64,000 nt of DNA from Mobula hypostoma. Lineage: Eukaryota. The notes beneath the pieces are model-generated. The model searched no databases and was not told the origin of the DNA. It saw nothing but the letters and a program-made list of their open reading frames with translations. The position numbers and the translations under genes are program-made. The stretch is from NCBI RefSeq assembly GCF_963921235.1, contig NC_086108.1, positions 56,236,001-56,300,000 of the forward strand. Reading direction: 5' to 3'. Each line of letters opens with the position of its first letter. Positions within the stretch are counted from its first letter, which is position 1. Positions 39,803 to 51,577 of this stretch are shown here, piece by piece.

Positions 39803-40412
39803 CTCCCAGTGGCCACACATTTTAATTCCACATCCCATTCCCATTCTGACATGTCTATCCACGGCCTCCTCTACTGTAAAGATGAAGCCACACTCAGGTT
39901 GGAGGAACAACACCTTATATTCCGTCTGGGTAGCCTCCAACCTGATGGCATGAACATTGACTTCTCTAACTTCCGCTAGGCCCCACCTCCCCCTCGTACC
40001 CCATCTGTTACTCATTTTTATGCACACATTCTTTCTCTCACTCTCCTTTTTCTCCCTCTGTCCCTCTGAATATACCTCTTGCCCATCCTCTGGGTCACCC
40101 CCCCTCCCGTCTTTCTTCCCGGACCTCCTGTCCCATGATCCTCTCGTATCCCCTTTTGCCTATCACCTGTCCAGCTCTCGGCTCTATCCCTCCCCCTCCT
40201 GTCTTCTCCTATCATTTTGCATCTCCCCCTCCCCCTCCAGCTTTCAAATCCCTTACTCACTCTTCCTTCAGTTAGTCCTGACGAAGGGTCTCGGCCTGAA
40301 ACGTCGACTGCGCCTCTTCCTATAGATGCTGCTTGGCCTGCTGCGTTCACCAGCAACTTTGATGTGTGTTGCTTGAATTTCCAGCATCTGCAGAATTCCT
40401 GTTGTTTTTGTT
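39803..40412 (+). mobile_element. 5'-truncated Penelope-like element (GIY-YIG C-terminus plus terminal region)
   Basis: Translates LPVATHFNSTSHSHSDMSIHGLLYCKDEATLRLEEQHLIFRLGSLQPDGMNIDFSNFR*, the typical PLE endonuclease end. 14-bp TSD TAAGAAAACTTTAT at 39789-39802 and 40413-40426. Confidence 0.9.
40274..40309 (+). ncRNA. Minimal type I hammerhead ribozyme-like motif in the Penelope terminal region
   Basis: AGTC-CTGACGA(40278-84)-AGG gtctcgg CCT-GAAA(40298-301)-CGTC-GACT. Confidence 0.68.
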
Positions 40413-40506
40413 TAAGAAAACTTTATTTATCCTGAAGGAAATTATTGTTGCAAGATTGCTCATCAGAAGTATATACTTAAAATACAAAATGTAAGCATTG
40501 AGGTAC

Positions 40507-41425
40507 TGTTACGTACCCCGTAACTGGGTTGCCAAACCAGCAGAAATGGATCACTCAGTTGGAATGTGGATTACTGGAACTAAGAAAGTTTTATTAAAGA
40601 AATAAGCAACACAGTACTCTAATCAAAAGGATAATAAATACAACAGTTCAGCAATGATAAACACACATGTACACAGAACTAGGATAATAGGATCAATCAA
40701 GCTCTATCGTTGTCTAGGGGTAAATGACCAGTTTCAAAGTGACGCAAAGTTCAGTTCAGTTCACAGTAATCACTGCCGTGCCGATGGACGGGGGGGGGGG
40801 GGCGGAGGAAGGAGAGAGAGGTCGAAAGCAAATGAATATTCAAAACGGCTTCCACACAGACCTTCGATATTCCTCGCAGTCAGCTTTCAGGCGAGCCCTT
40901 TGTAATGTCTTCTGAGGTCACCGACTGTGACCCCTCCATTTCAGATACGATCGTTCCTCTGCAGTGAACCTGGCACCCAGGCAAGGGTGGACACACACAC
41001 ACCAGGATCCATACCTTTCTACCCTGTGCGTCTCTGGCTGGTCCCACGACCAGACCTCCAACAACTCCCACCGACTTGTGGGAGGCGCACCGCTTCCAGG
41101 GTCTCGTTACCTCGTGGTGTCGTGTGTGTCCTGCCTTAGCGAACCTGTCCCTTTTTATCCCCCTGCTGGGGTATCGCCTGTCCATCACGCTTCAAACAGT
41201 TCAGGGTTCAAAAAGGGAGCCGATCTTGACAGCTATCAGACCGGTGTCTCCTTCTGTTAAACTCTCCCGTCTCTTCATTAACATTTCCAAATGCTGCTCC
41301 ATTGTCTTCCTTATCTCTCTTTCTCCTGAAGACAGGTGGCAGATCAACTGTTGATCCCACTGGTGCCAGCACAGGACAGTTAACATCTTAATCTATGTGT
41401 ACTCTTTGTAACCTTCTTTCGTCAC
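40507..41425 (-). mobile_element. Solo-LTR-like element (~920 bp)
   Basis: Termini TGTTACG...CGTCAC form a short inverted repeat. On the minus strand a TATA-like GATAAAAAG (~41159-41151) precedes AATAAA (40595-40590). CpG-rich, with no coding motif. Confidence 0.7.
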
Positions 41426-41599
41426 GAGTAATGCAAAATGCAGAGACTTGGGCAATTAAAGTAAGATAAGAAAACTTTATTTATCCTGAAGGAAATTATT
41501 GTTGCAAGATTGCTCATCAGAAGTATATACTTAAAATACAAAATGTAAGCATTGAGGTATGAAAAAGAATGCAAAATGTGCACTAAAAAGTAAGTGCAA

Positions 41600-42090
41600 A
41601 ATACAGATGTACAATGAAACCATATAGTTGTATATAGAGTTGTAGAGTCTTATAGCCACAGGGGAAAAGGATCAGCCATGGCGTTCAGCATGCACCTCAG
41701 TGTTATCAGCCTGTTACTAAAGATGCTCCTCTATTTGTCCAGTATGTCATGGAAGGGGTGACAGGGATTGTCCATAATGCTCCGTAGCTTCTGCAGCATC
41801 CTCCTCCACCAGGGAATCCAGTTCCACCCCCAGAACAGAACCAGCCTTCTTGATGAGCTTATCGATCATCTTGGCGTCAGCTGCTCTCACCCTGCTGCCC
41901 CAGCAGACCACAGCGTAGAATAGAACGCTGCCCACCACTGTGTCGTAGGATATCTGCAGCATAGTACTGCAGATGTTGAATGACCAGAGCCTTCTCAGGA
42001 AGTACAGTCGGTTCTGTCCCTTCTTATACAGAGCCCCTGTTTTTAGTCCAGTTCAATTTATTGTCCAGGTGAGTTCTTGGGTACTTGTAG
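41600..42090 (-). mobile_element. Rex1/Babar-like 3' fragment
   Basis: ORF 41747..41962 (Y..VV.SVLFYAVVCWGS...D...IDKLIKKAGSVLG). Confidence 0.8.
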
Positions 42091-43949
42091 TACAAATAGG
42101 ATCTTGGCAGAAAGATTTAAAAGTAAATATAGTTGGTTTTAGGGCATATTTAATTAAAATATATATACTACTAAAAAAAACAGCATTGATCTATGAGAAA
42201 GGAGGAAGGTGATTGAACTTTAATAGTGTTTTATACTTTATAATATTCTTGTATTCCAGCTAATTTTGCCAGTATCAAAATTAATTGTTATAAGTTTGTG
42301 ATCAATTCAAAAATTTCACTTTAAAACTATTAAAGTACTGTATATGGAACCAGAAATACACTACATTAACAATCTTGTTGGTTACACTTGCTTATCACAG
42401 TCTCATGTTTTAATACTTACAGTTTCAAGCCATTTAGTCAGTGAATGTCTATGAATTGATGGCTTGCATAAACAAGGTTCTGCATTTAAAAATGAAGATT
42501 GTTTTATATGGTACATTGTGGCAGCTACTCCACTGATTTAGCACAGTTTGCTCAGAGGCAATATTTCAGTTCAATCCACACAGTTGTAGTTAATGTCTTC
42601 ACTCCGCTGCCTTCACAGTCCTTGATGAGTTTCTAATATAACCAACCCACATTATGAGGGGTATGGGGTTGTGTTCTTTGAAGATGGACTGGATCACAAT
42701 TTTCTGTAATAAGTGAAGCTGCAATATCCATGCAATTGAAAATCAGATTGGGATAAAAAATATTGTTTTATTAACATTTTTTCATAAAAAATCAGTGAAA
42801 GTCAATTTTACTCCCCACCTCCAATTTTAGTTACTGATATTAAAATTCTATAAGGGTGAATTTGGCCATAATGTGAATGTCTTCTGTAGTTTCAACCTGC
42901 ATCATGCCACTGGCTAATACTCACCACAGGGTGTTGTTGTTAAATTGTCAGTTTTGTAGAAGAGCATGTGTTATCCCATACATAGTGACCACAAAAGTTC
43001 ATCATAAAGGGGAAATAAACTTGTTTATTATCACCATGTTTTATTAATCAATAAAAATTCCAGTGTTATCCATGAAGGAAACTAGCTGTCATGAGGTTAG
43101 GAATTCTGAAGTGCTACTATAATACTAATTATTAATATTTCATGGAAGATCAATTTTATCTAAAATATAAAGACAAAATCTTATTTTGCTCTTTTGATGA
43201 TCTGAAGTGAGCCAGTTCATTGTATTCAGGAGATCTCCCTACCTGAGAGAAAAAGAGGGTAAATTCTATTCTGTGAGAAGCAGAAACATTCCAAATCTGA
43301 TTTTAAGAGGAAAGCATATCTTCAGAAAGATTTCAAATCTCCAGTTGACCTCCAATGACAAACATTGGCAAGGTTTTCACATTTCTCCATTATAAGTAAG
43401 ATTAATAAAATTGTATTTGTTGTCTTTAACAGGCAGAATAATAGTTCAGCATGGACGTGACAGATCAGATGGCCTGTTTCTGTGCTGTAGTGTTTTATGA
43501 CTCTATGTTTAATGTACAACTGCAATCTTTGTGGCTGGCCCAGCTAAATCTTTAGTCGATGGTGTTTCGAAATTGACAGTGGTGGGGTAATTCAGAAAAG
43601 GTTGATTCCTCTGTGGAGCTGGCAGTCACATAATGCTTGGTAACAAGGAGCATCAACTCAGCCCATCGCCCCATCATTGAATGATGTCTGGATTCTGATC
43701 ATCAAGGTACAAACTCCCTTATTACCCAAGTGTGGAATTATCATCATCAACAAGATCCCTACTTATGACTGTAATGGAAGGAAGATCACTGAGCCGATAT
43801 CTGAATCTTGTTAGGTGATGTGAAGGAGAAACTCTATTTTCCCATGGCACCTATGATCATTTTATCCATATATACTACCACTCTGGCCAGCAGATAGATT
43901 TCTCCAAAGTTTTATCTGATGCCGCATTAATGTTCCAAATCAGAAAATT

Positions 43950-44400
43950 AAGTGCTATTTCTCAAGCTTATAATGAGTTTCATTGGAACAGCATAGGCGG
44001 GCAATGATAGAGGTTGAAGTAGAATTAGAGACAGACAAGAAATGGAAGCCTAAGGCAAAATGCAGCCAAACTTGCTTGTGATTTTTCCCAGTCTGGAAAA
44101 GATTTGATTGAGGATACATAATGTGGTACACTAAATTATAAGAAGTGCATGTAGATTGCTGTCTCACCTAGAAAGGATGTTTGAGTTCCTGTTTAATAAC
44201 AAGATGTTAGGTGGATAAGCATTGTATCACCTGCAGTCACATCTGTATGTGCCATGCAAAGGGCAGTGAACATTAGTCAAATATTGCAGAAAGAACAATC
44301 TCTTCAGAGTACTGCAAGATAAGGGAAGGGAAAGATTTGGGAAAGGAACCTTATTAAACTGTGAAATAAGAAATAAAGCAATGGGTACCATAATTCTGAG
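43950..44400 (-). mobile_element. Ancient Penelope-like GIY-YIG remnant
   Basis: ORF 43955..44167 TCTSYNLVY.I...G...HF..S.S..II..L..C.NE...KLE resembles a degenerate PLE endonuclease. Confidence 0.55.
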
Positions 44401-44514
44401 GTTCTGAAAGAGAGCAAATTGAAGGAGGAAGCATATTAATGTTTTGACTTCAGTGCAATAAAGATTGAAATGAGATTTTATTCTCACAAACAATGAATAT
44501 GTTGTAAAAGAAAA

Positions 44515-44720
44515 TCACTCCCTACTCTGTACATAGTTTTCTTCTTTCGATTGTTCTTTCTTTCCTCTTCTTCCTATAAGTGTATACCTCAGATAAATAT
44601 TATGTAGAGATTTGTGACAAACATGATTATGTATATGATATATATGTACAGTATCTGAAATACATCTTATGGAAATGTATGTTTGATGAAACTCAATAAA
44701 AAAATAAATTACAAAAAAAA
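44515..44720 (+). mobile_element. PolyA-tailed retroposon 3' end (possibly L1-like)
   Basis: AT-rich tail ending caataaaaaaataaattacaaaaaaaa. Confidence 0.4.
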
Positions 44721-44842
44721 TGTATTCTGTATAAAGAAGTAACAAAATATGCTGATGTAGGCAGTGCATTCAATGTAACGTACATGGACTTTAAGGCCTT
44801 TGACAGGGTACCTGATGGGCTGTGGTCCAAAGCCAAATACAG

Positions 44843-47545
44843 TATGATCATGGCTGATCATCCAACTCAGAACCCTGCACCAGCCTTCCCTCCATACCCC
44901 CTGATCCCTTTAGCCACAAGGGCCATATCTAACTCCCTCTTAAATATAGCCAATGAACTGGCCTCAACTGTTTTCTGTGGCAGAGAATTCCACAGATTCA
45001 CCACTCTCTGTGTGAAGAAGTTTCTCCTAATCTCGGTCCTAAAAGGCTTCCCCTTTATCCTCAAACTGTGACCCCTTGTCCTGGACTTCCCCAACATCGG
45101 GAACAATCTTCCTGCATCTACCCTGTCCAATCCCTTTGGGATTTTATACATTTCAATAAGACCCCCCTCAATCTTCTAAATTCCAACGAGTATAAGCCCA
45201 GTTCATCCAGTCTTTCTTCATATGAAAGTCCTGCCATCCCAGGAATCAATCTGGTGAACCTTCTTTGTACTCTCTCTAAGGCAAGGATGTCTTTCCTCAG
45301 ATTAGGGGACCAAAACGGCACACAATACTCCAGGTGTGGTCTCACCAAGGCCTTGTACAACTGCAGTAGTACCTCCCTGCTCCTGTACTCGAATCCTCTT
45401 GCTACAAATGCCAGCATACCATTCGCCTTTTTCACCACCTGCTGTACCTGCATGCCTACTTTCAATGACTGGTGTATAATGACACCCAGGTCTCGTTGCA
45501 CCCCCACCTTTTCCTAATCGGCCACCATTCAGATAATAATCCGTTTTCCTGTTTTTGCCACCAAAGTGGATAACTTCACATTTATCCACATTAAATTGCA
45601 TCTGCTATGAATTTGCCTACTCACCTAACCTATCCAAGTCACCCTTTATCCTCTTAGCATCCTCCTCACAGCTAACACTGCCACCCAGCTTCATGTCATC
45701 CGCAAAATTGGAGATGCTGCATTTAATTCCCTCATCCAAGTCATTATTATATATTGTAAACAACTGGGGTCCCAGCATTGAGCCTTGCGGTACCCCACTA
45801 GTCACCGCCTGCCATTCTGAAAAGGTCCTGTTTATTCCCACTCTTCGCTTCCTGTCTGCCAACCAATTCTCTATCCACATCAATACCTCACCCCCAATAC
45901 CGTGTGCTTTAAGTTTGCACACTAATCTCCTGTGTGGGATCTTGTCAAAAGCCTTTTGAAAATCCAAATATACCACACCCACTGGTTCTCCCCTATCCAC
46001 TCTACTAGTTACATCCTCAAAAAATTCTATGAGATTCATCAGACATGATTTTCCTTTCACAAATCCATGCTGACTTTGTCCGACGATTTCACCGCTTTCC
46101 AAATGTGCTGTTATCACATCTTTGATAACTGACTCTAGCAGTTTCCCCACCACCGATGTTAGGCTAACTGGTCTATAATTCCCTGGTTTCTCTCTCCCTC
46201 CTTTTTTAAAAAGTGGGGTTACATTAGCCACCCTCCAATCCTCAGGAACTAGTCCAGAATCCAAAGAGTTCTGAAAAATTATCACTAATACATCCACTAT
46301 TTCTTGGGCTACTTCCTTAAGCACTCTGGGATGCAGACCATCTGGCCCTGGGGATTTATCTGCCTTTAATCCCTTCAATTTACCTAACACCACTTCCCTA
46401 CTAACATGTATTTCCCTCAGTTCCTCCATCTCACTGGACCCTCTGTCCCCTACTATTTCTGGAAGATTATTTATGTCCTCCTTAGTGAAGACAGAACCAA
46501 AGTAATTATTCAATTGGTCTGCCATGTCCTTGCTTCCCATAATCAATTCACCTGTTTCTGTCTGTAGGGGACCTACATTTGTTTTAACCAATCTTTTTCT
46601 TTTCACATATCTATAAAAGCTTTTACAGTCAGTTTTTATGTTCCCTGCCATTTTTCTCTCAATCTTTTTTCCCCTTCCTAATTAAGCCCTTTCTCCTCCT
46701 CTGCTGAACTCTGAATTTCTCCCAGTCCTCAGGTGAGCCACTTTTTCTGGCTAATTTGTATGCTTCTTCTTTGGAATTGATACTATCCCTAATTTCCCTT
46801 GTCAGCCACGGGTGCACTACCTTCCTTGATTTATTCTTTTGCCAAACTGGGATGAACAATTGTTGTAGTTCATCCATGCGATCTTTAAATGCTTGCCATT
46901 GCATATCCACCGTCAACCCTTTAAGTGTCATTTGCCAGTCTATCTTAGCTAATTCACGTCTCATACCTTCAAAGTTACCCTTCTTTAAGTTCAGAACCTT
47001 TGTTTCTGAATTAACTATGTCACTCTCCATCTTAATGAAGAATTCCACCATATTATGGTCACTCTTACCCAAGGGGCCTCTCATGACAAGATTGCTAATT
47101 AACCCTTCCTCATTGCTCAATACCCAGTCTAGAATAGCCTGCTCTCTAGTTGGTTCAAAAAACCATCCAGCATACATTCCAAGAAATCCTCTTCCTCAGC
47201 ACCCTTACCAATTTCGTTCACCCAATCTACATGTAGATTGAAGTCACCCATTATAACTGCTGTTTCTTTATTGCACACATTTCTAATTTCCTGTTTAATA
47301 CCATCCCCAACCTCACTACTATTGTTAGGTGGCCTGTACACAGCTCCAACCAGCGTTTTCTAACCCTTAGTGTTATGCAGCTCTACCCATATCGATTCCA
47401 CATCTTCCCAGTTATGTCCTTCCTTTCTATTGCGTTAATCTCCTCTCTCACCAGCAACGCCACCCCACTTCCTTTTCTTTCATGTCTATCCCTCCTGAAT
47501 ATTGAATATCCCCGAATGTTGAGCTCCCATCTTTGGTCACCCTGG
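44843..47545 (-). mobile_element. Young CR1 LINE with most of ORF2 (endonuclease + RT) and a few disruptions
   Basis: ORFs 47383..47580, 47129..47341 (YRPP, GDFN), 46659..47177, 45617..46651 (QHGF, KAFD, GVPQGS, FADD), 45118..45507 and 44867..45151. Confidence 0.97.
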
Positions 47546-49750
47546 AGCAGAAGTAGGACATAGGAGCAGAAGTAGGTCATTTGACCCTACGAGGCAGCTC
47601 TGCCATTCGATCATGGCTGATTTATTTTCCCTCTAGGCTTCTTACCGTAGTGTTTGGTGCCCTTACCAAGAACTTATCAAAGTCTACTTTAAATATACCC
47701 AATGCCTTGAGCTCCATAGCCATCTATGGCAATGAACTTGACAGATTCACCATCCATGGCTAAAGGAATTTCTCCTCATCTCTATTCTAAAGGAGCATCC
47801 TTTTACTGAGGCTGTGTCCTCTGGTCCTAGATTCTCCCACTAATGGAAATCTCCTCTTCAGTTCCACTCAATCTAGACCTTTCAATATTCAGTAGGTTTC
47901 AAGAGATCCTCTCTTACTTTTTCTATCTCCAGTCAGGACAGGTCCAGAGCCATCAAATGCTCCTCGTATGTTAACTCTTTCATTCCCATGATAATTTTTG
48001 TAAATCTCCTCTGGAGTCTCTCCAATGTCCGCATATCGTCCAATGCACCACCTAACGTCGGTGGTGGGGAAACTGCTGGAGTCAGTTATCAAGGATGTGA
48101 TAACAGCACATTTGGAAAGCGGTGAAATGATCGGACAAAGTCAGCATGGATTTGTGAAAGGAAAATCATGTCTGACGAATCTCACAGAATTTTTTGAGGA
48201 TGTAACTAGTAGAGTGGATAGGGGAGAACCAGTGGATGTGGTATATTTGGATTTTCAAAAGGCTTTTGACAAGGTCCCACACAGGGGATTAGTGTGCAAA
48301 CTTAAAGCACACGGTATTGGGGGTAAGGTATTGGTGTGGGTGGAGAATTGGTTAGCAGACAGGAAGCAAAGAGTGGGAATAAACGGAACCTTTTCAGAAT
48401 GGCAGGCGGTGACTAGTGGGGTACCGCAAGGCTCAGTGCTGGGACCTCAGTTGTTTACAATATATATTAATGACTTGGATGAGGGAAGTAAATGCAGCAT
48501 CTCCAAGTTTGCGGATGACACGAAGCTGGGTGGCAGTGTTAGCTGTGAGGAGGATGCTAAGAGGATGCAGGGTGACTTGGATAGGTTGGGTGAGTGGGAA
48601 AATTCATGGCAGATGCAATTTAATGTGGATAAATGTGAAGTTATCCACTTTGGTGGCAAAAATAGGAAAACAGATTATTATCTGAATGGTGGCCGATTAG
48701 GAAAAGGGGAGGTGCAACGAGACCTGGGTGTCATTATACACCAGTCATTGAAAGTGGGCATGCAGGTACAGCAGGTGGTGAAAAAGGCGAATGGTATGCT
48801 GGCATTTATAGCGAGAGGATTCGAGTACGGGAGCAGGGAGGTACTACTGCAGTTGTACAAGGCCTTGGTGAGACCACACCTGGAGTATTGTGTGCAGCTT
48901 TGGTCCCCTAATCTGAGGAAAGACATCCTTGCCTTAGAGAGAGTACAAAGAAGGTTCACCAGATTGATTCCTGGGATGGCAGGACTTTCATATGAAGAAA
49001 GACTGGATGAACTGGGCTTGTACTCGTTGGAATTTAGAAGATTGAGGGGGGATCTGATTGAAACGTATAAGATCCTAAAGGGATTGGACAGGCTAGATGC
49101 AGGAAGATTGTTCCCGATGTTGGGGAAGTCGAGAATGAGGGGTCACAGTTTGAGGATAAAGGGGAAGCCTTTTAGGACAGAGATGAGGAAACAGTTGAGG
49201 CCAGTTCATTGGCTATATTTAAGAGGGAGTTAGATATGGCCCTTGTGGCTACAGGGCTCAGGGGGTATGGAGGGAAGGCTGGGGCGGGGTTCTGAGTTGG
49301 ATGATCAGCCATGATCATAATAAATGGCGGTGCAGGCTCGAAGGGCCGAATGGCCTACTCCTGCACCTATTTTCTATGTTTCTATGTTTCTATCCTTTCT
49401 CAGATATGGGACCTAAAACACACAATATTCCAAATGCGGTATGACCAATGCCTTAAAAAGCATCAAGCAACACACACAAAAAGCTGGATGAACTCAACAG
49501 ACATTACATCCTTGGTTTTATAGTCTGGTCTTCTCGAAAGGAATGCTAACATTGCATTTGCCTTCCTTTCCACTGACTCAGCCTGCAAGTTAACCTTTAG
49601 AGAATCCTACACTAGGATTCCCAAGACCCTTTGCGCCTCCAATTTCTGAATTTGCTCCCTGTTTAGAAAGTGGTCTATGCCTTTATTCTGTCTACCAGTG
49701 TGCATGGCTGTACACTTCCCTACACTTTATTTCATCTTCCACTTCTTTGC
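47546..49750 (-). mobile_element. Older CR1 3' fragment (47546-48050 and 49394-49750) interrupted by a younger CR1
   Basis: The flanks are collinear with minus-strand CR1 at 32710-33510 (..ctctccaatg | tcctttctcagatatgggacc..). Confidence 0.8.
48051..49393 (+). mobile_element. Young CR1 RT/3' fragment with a 52-bp internal deletion
   Basis: ORF 48025..49233 has an intact RT core and a (TTTCTATG)n tail. The deletion lies between AGGAAA microhomologies (49186-49191) relative to 35442/35494. Confidence 0.96.
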
Positions 49751-51045
49751 GTTGGTGATCAGAAGAACATTGGTACGTGGGTACAAGGTACCCTGAATAT
49801 AGCTACACAGCTAGATAAGGTGCTTAAGAAGGTACCAATGTTCTTCTGATCACCAATGCAAAGAAGTGGAAGATGAAATAAAGTGTAGGGAAGTGTACAG
49901 CCATGCACACTGGTAGACAGAATAAAGGCATAGACCACTTTCTAAACAGGGAGCAAATTCAGAAATTGGAGGCGCAAAGGGTCTTGGGAATCCTAGTGTA
50001 GGATTCTCTAAAGGTTAACTTGCAGGCTGAGTCAGTGGAAAGGAAGGCAAATGCAATGTTAGCATTCCTTTCGAGAAGACCAGACTATAAAACCAAGGAT
50101 GTAATGTCTGTTGAGTTCATCCAGCTTTTTGTGTGTGTTGCTTGATGCTTTTTAAGGCATTGGTCATACCGCATTTGGAATATTGTGTGTTTTAGGTCCC
50201 ATATCTGAGAAAGGATAGAAACATAGAAACATAGAAAATAGGTGCAGGAGTAGGCCATTCGGCCCTTCGAGCCTGCACCGCCATTTATTATGATCATGGC
50301 TGATCATCCAACTCAGAACCCCGCCCCAGCCTTCCCTCCATACCCCCTGACCCCTGTAGCCACAAGGGCCATATCTAACTCCCTCTTAAATATAGCCAAT
50401 GAACTGGCCTCAACTGTTTCCTGTGGCAGAGAATTCCACAGATTCACCACTCTCTGTGTGAAGAAGTTTTTCCTAATCTCGGTCCTAAAAGGCTTCCCCT
50501 CTATCCTCAAACTGTGGCCCCTTGTTCTGGACTTCCCCAACATCGGGAACAATCTTCCTGCATCTAGCCTGTCCAATCCCTTTAGGATCTTATACGTTTC
50601 AATCAGATCCCCCCTCAATCTTCTAAATTCCAATGAGTACAAGCCCAGTTCATCCAGTCTTTCTTCATATGAAAGTCCTGCCATTCCAGGAATCAATCTG
50701 GTGAACCTTCTTTGTACTCCCTCTATGGGAAGGATGTCTTTCCTCAGATTAGGGGACCAAAACTGCACACAATACTCCAGGTGTGGTCTCACCAAGGCCT
50801 TGTACAACTGCAGTAGTACCTCCCTGCTCCTGTACTCGAATCCTCTCGCTATAAATGCCAGCATACCATTCGCCTTTTTCACCGCCTGCTGTACCTGCAT
50901 GCCCACTTTCAATGACTGGTGTATAATGACACCCAGGTCTCGTTGCACCTCCCCTTTTCCTAATCGGCCACCATTCAGATAATAATCTGTTTTCCTATTT
51001 TTGCCAAAGTGGATAACTTCACATTTATCCACATTAAATTGCATC
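48612..51045. repeat. Long inverted repeat: arms 48612-49776 and 49832-51045, 55-bp spacer
   Basis: Identical mirror ORFs 49311..49523(+) and 50085..50297(-); centre at 49804. The arm length difference (49 nt) equals the 52-nt deletion on the left minus a 3-nt deletion on the right. Confidence 0.97.
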
Positions 51046-51349
51046 CGCTGGACTGTGACTATTGGGAGTCAAAATGTAGTTAATCCCATTGAAAGTAAAA
51101 ACTTTTGGGCATTCATTGCTAGGAAAAATCTTGGAAAAAAAATATGCCTCAGTATTGAAAATCCTTGGCAGGAGGGAGAGCAGAGTATTGTGGCTCCTAA
51201 TTCCTTGAAATATGTGTGTAGATGTATTTTTTGCTGAGTAAGGGCTTTTATATTGTACACTCTGGGATTGGATGACCTTCTGTTGTTGAGAGGACTGACA
51301 TGGGTTCAGAGAATATTTAACAAATTGCATTTATATTTATCGTTTTTAG

Positions 51350-51553
51350 GTTATAAAGGCTCAAGTAAAGGATCTCATGATTCCACGATACAAGATTATT
51401 GTTTTAATCCACATTGGACAGCTGAATGGACAGAGCATGCGGATTGGTAGTCGATTTCTCTGGAACACCAATACAGACACGTTTTCTTCCTTCTCTTTCT
51501 GTAATCGATCTCTTTTTGCTGTTGCTAATGTTTATGGAGTGTACTTTGAGTGA
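51350..51553 (+). CDS. DYNLT5: DYNLT5 last coding exon ([67 protein letters not shown])
   Basis: Acceptor tttatcgtttttAG|51350; Tctex-1 domain C-terminal half; TGA 51551-51553. Spliced CDS is 113+92+125+204=534 nt, 177 aa, open throughout. Confidence 0.97.
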   Translation, partial: VIKAQVKDLMIPRYKIIVLIHIGQLNGQSMRIGSRFLWNTNTDTFSSFSFCNRSLFAVANVYGVYFE

Positions 51554-51571
51554 AATACATTTGTGCAATAT

Positions 51572-51577
51572 AATAAA
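51572..51577 (+). terminator. DYNLT5: Candidate DYNLT5 polyadenylation signal AATAAA (also ATTAAA 51582-51587)
   Basis: Hexamers lie 20-35 nt after the stop codon. Confidence 0.55.

Larger units (their letters stand above)
39748..41559. repeat. 134-bp direct duplication: copy 1 = 39748-39802 + 40427-40505 (split by the Penelope insert); copy 2 = 41426-41559
   Basis: gagtaatgcaaaatgcagagacttggg...aatgtaagcattgaggta occurs twice and is identical by eye (55+79=134 nt). Confidence 0.93.

Noticed and set aside
49311..50297. Duplicated 70-aa gene pair
   Set aside because: The ORF spans a CR1 tail and repeat junctions; the identity simply reflects the palindrome.
50290..50982. 230-aa plus-strand ORF and similar antisense ORFs (34220..34846, 45068..45517, 46756..47241)
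   Set aside because: Antisense shadows of CR1 ORF2 with no independent coding signal.
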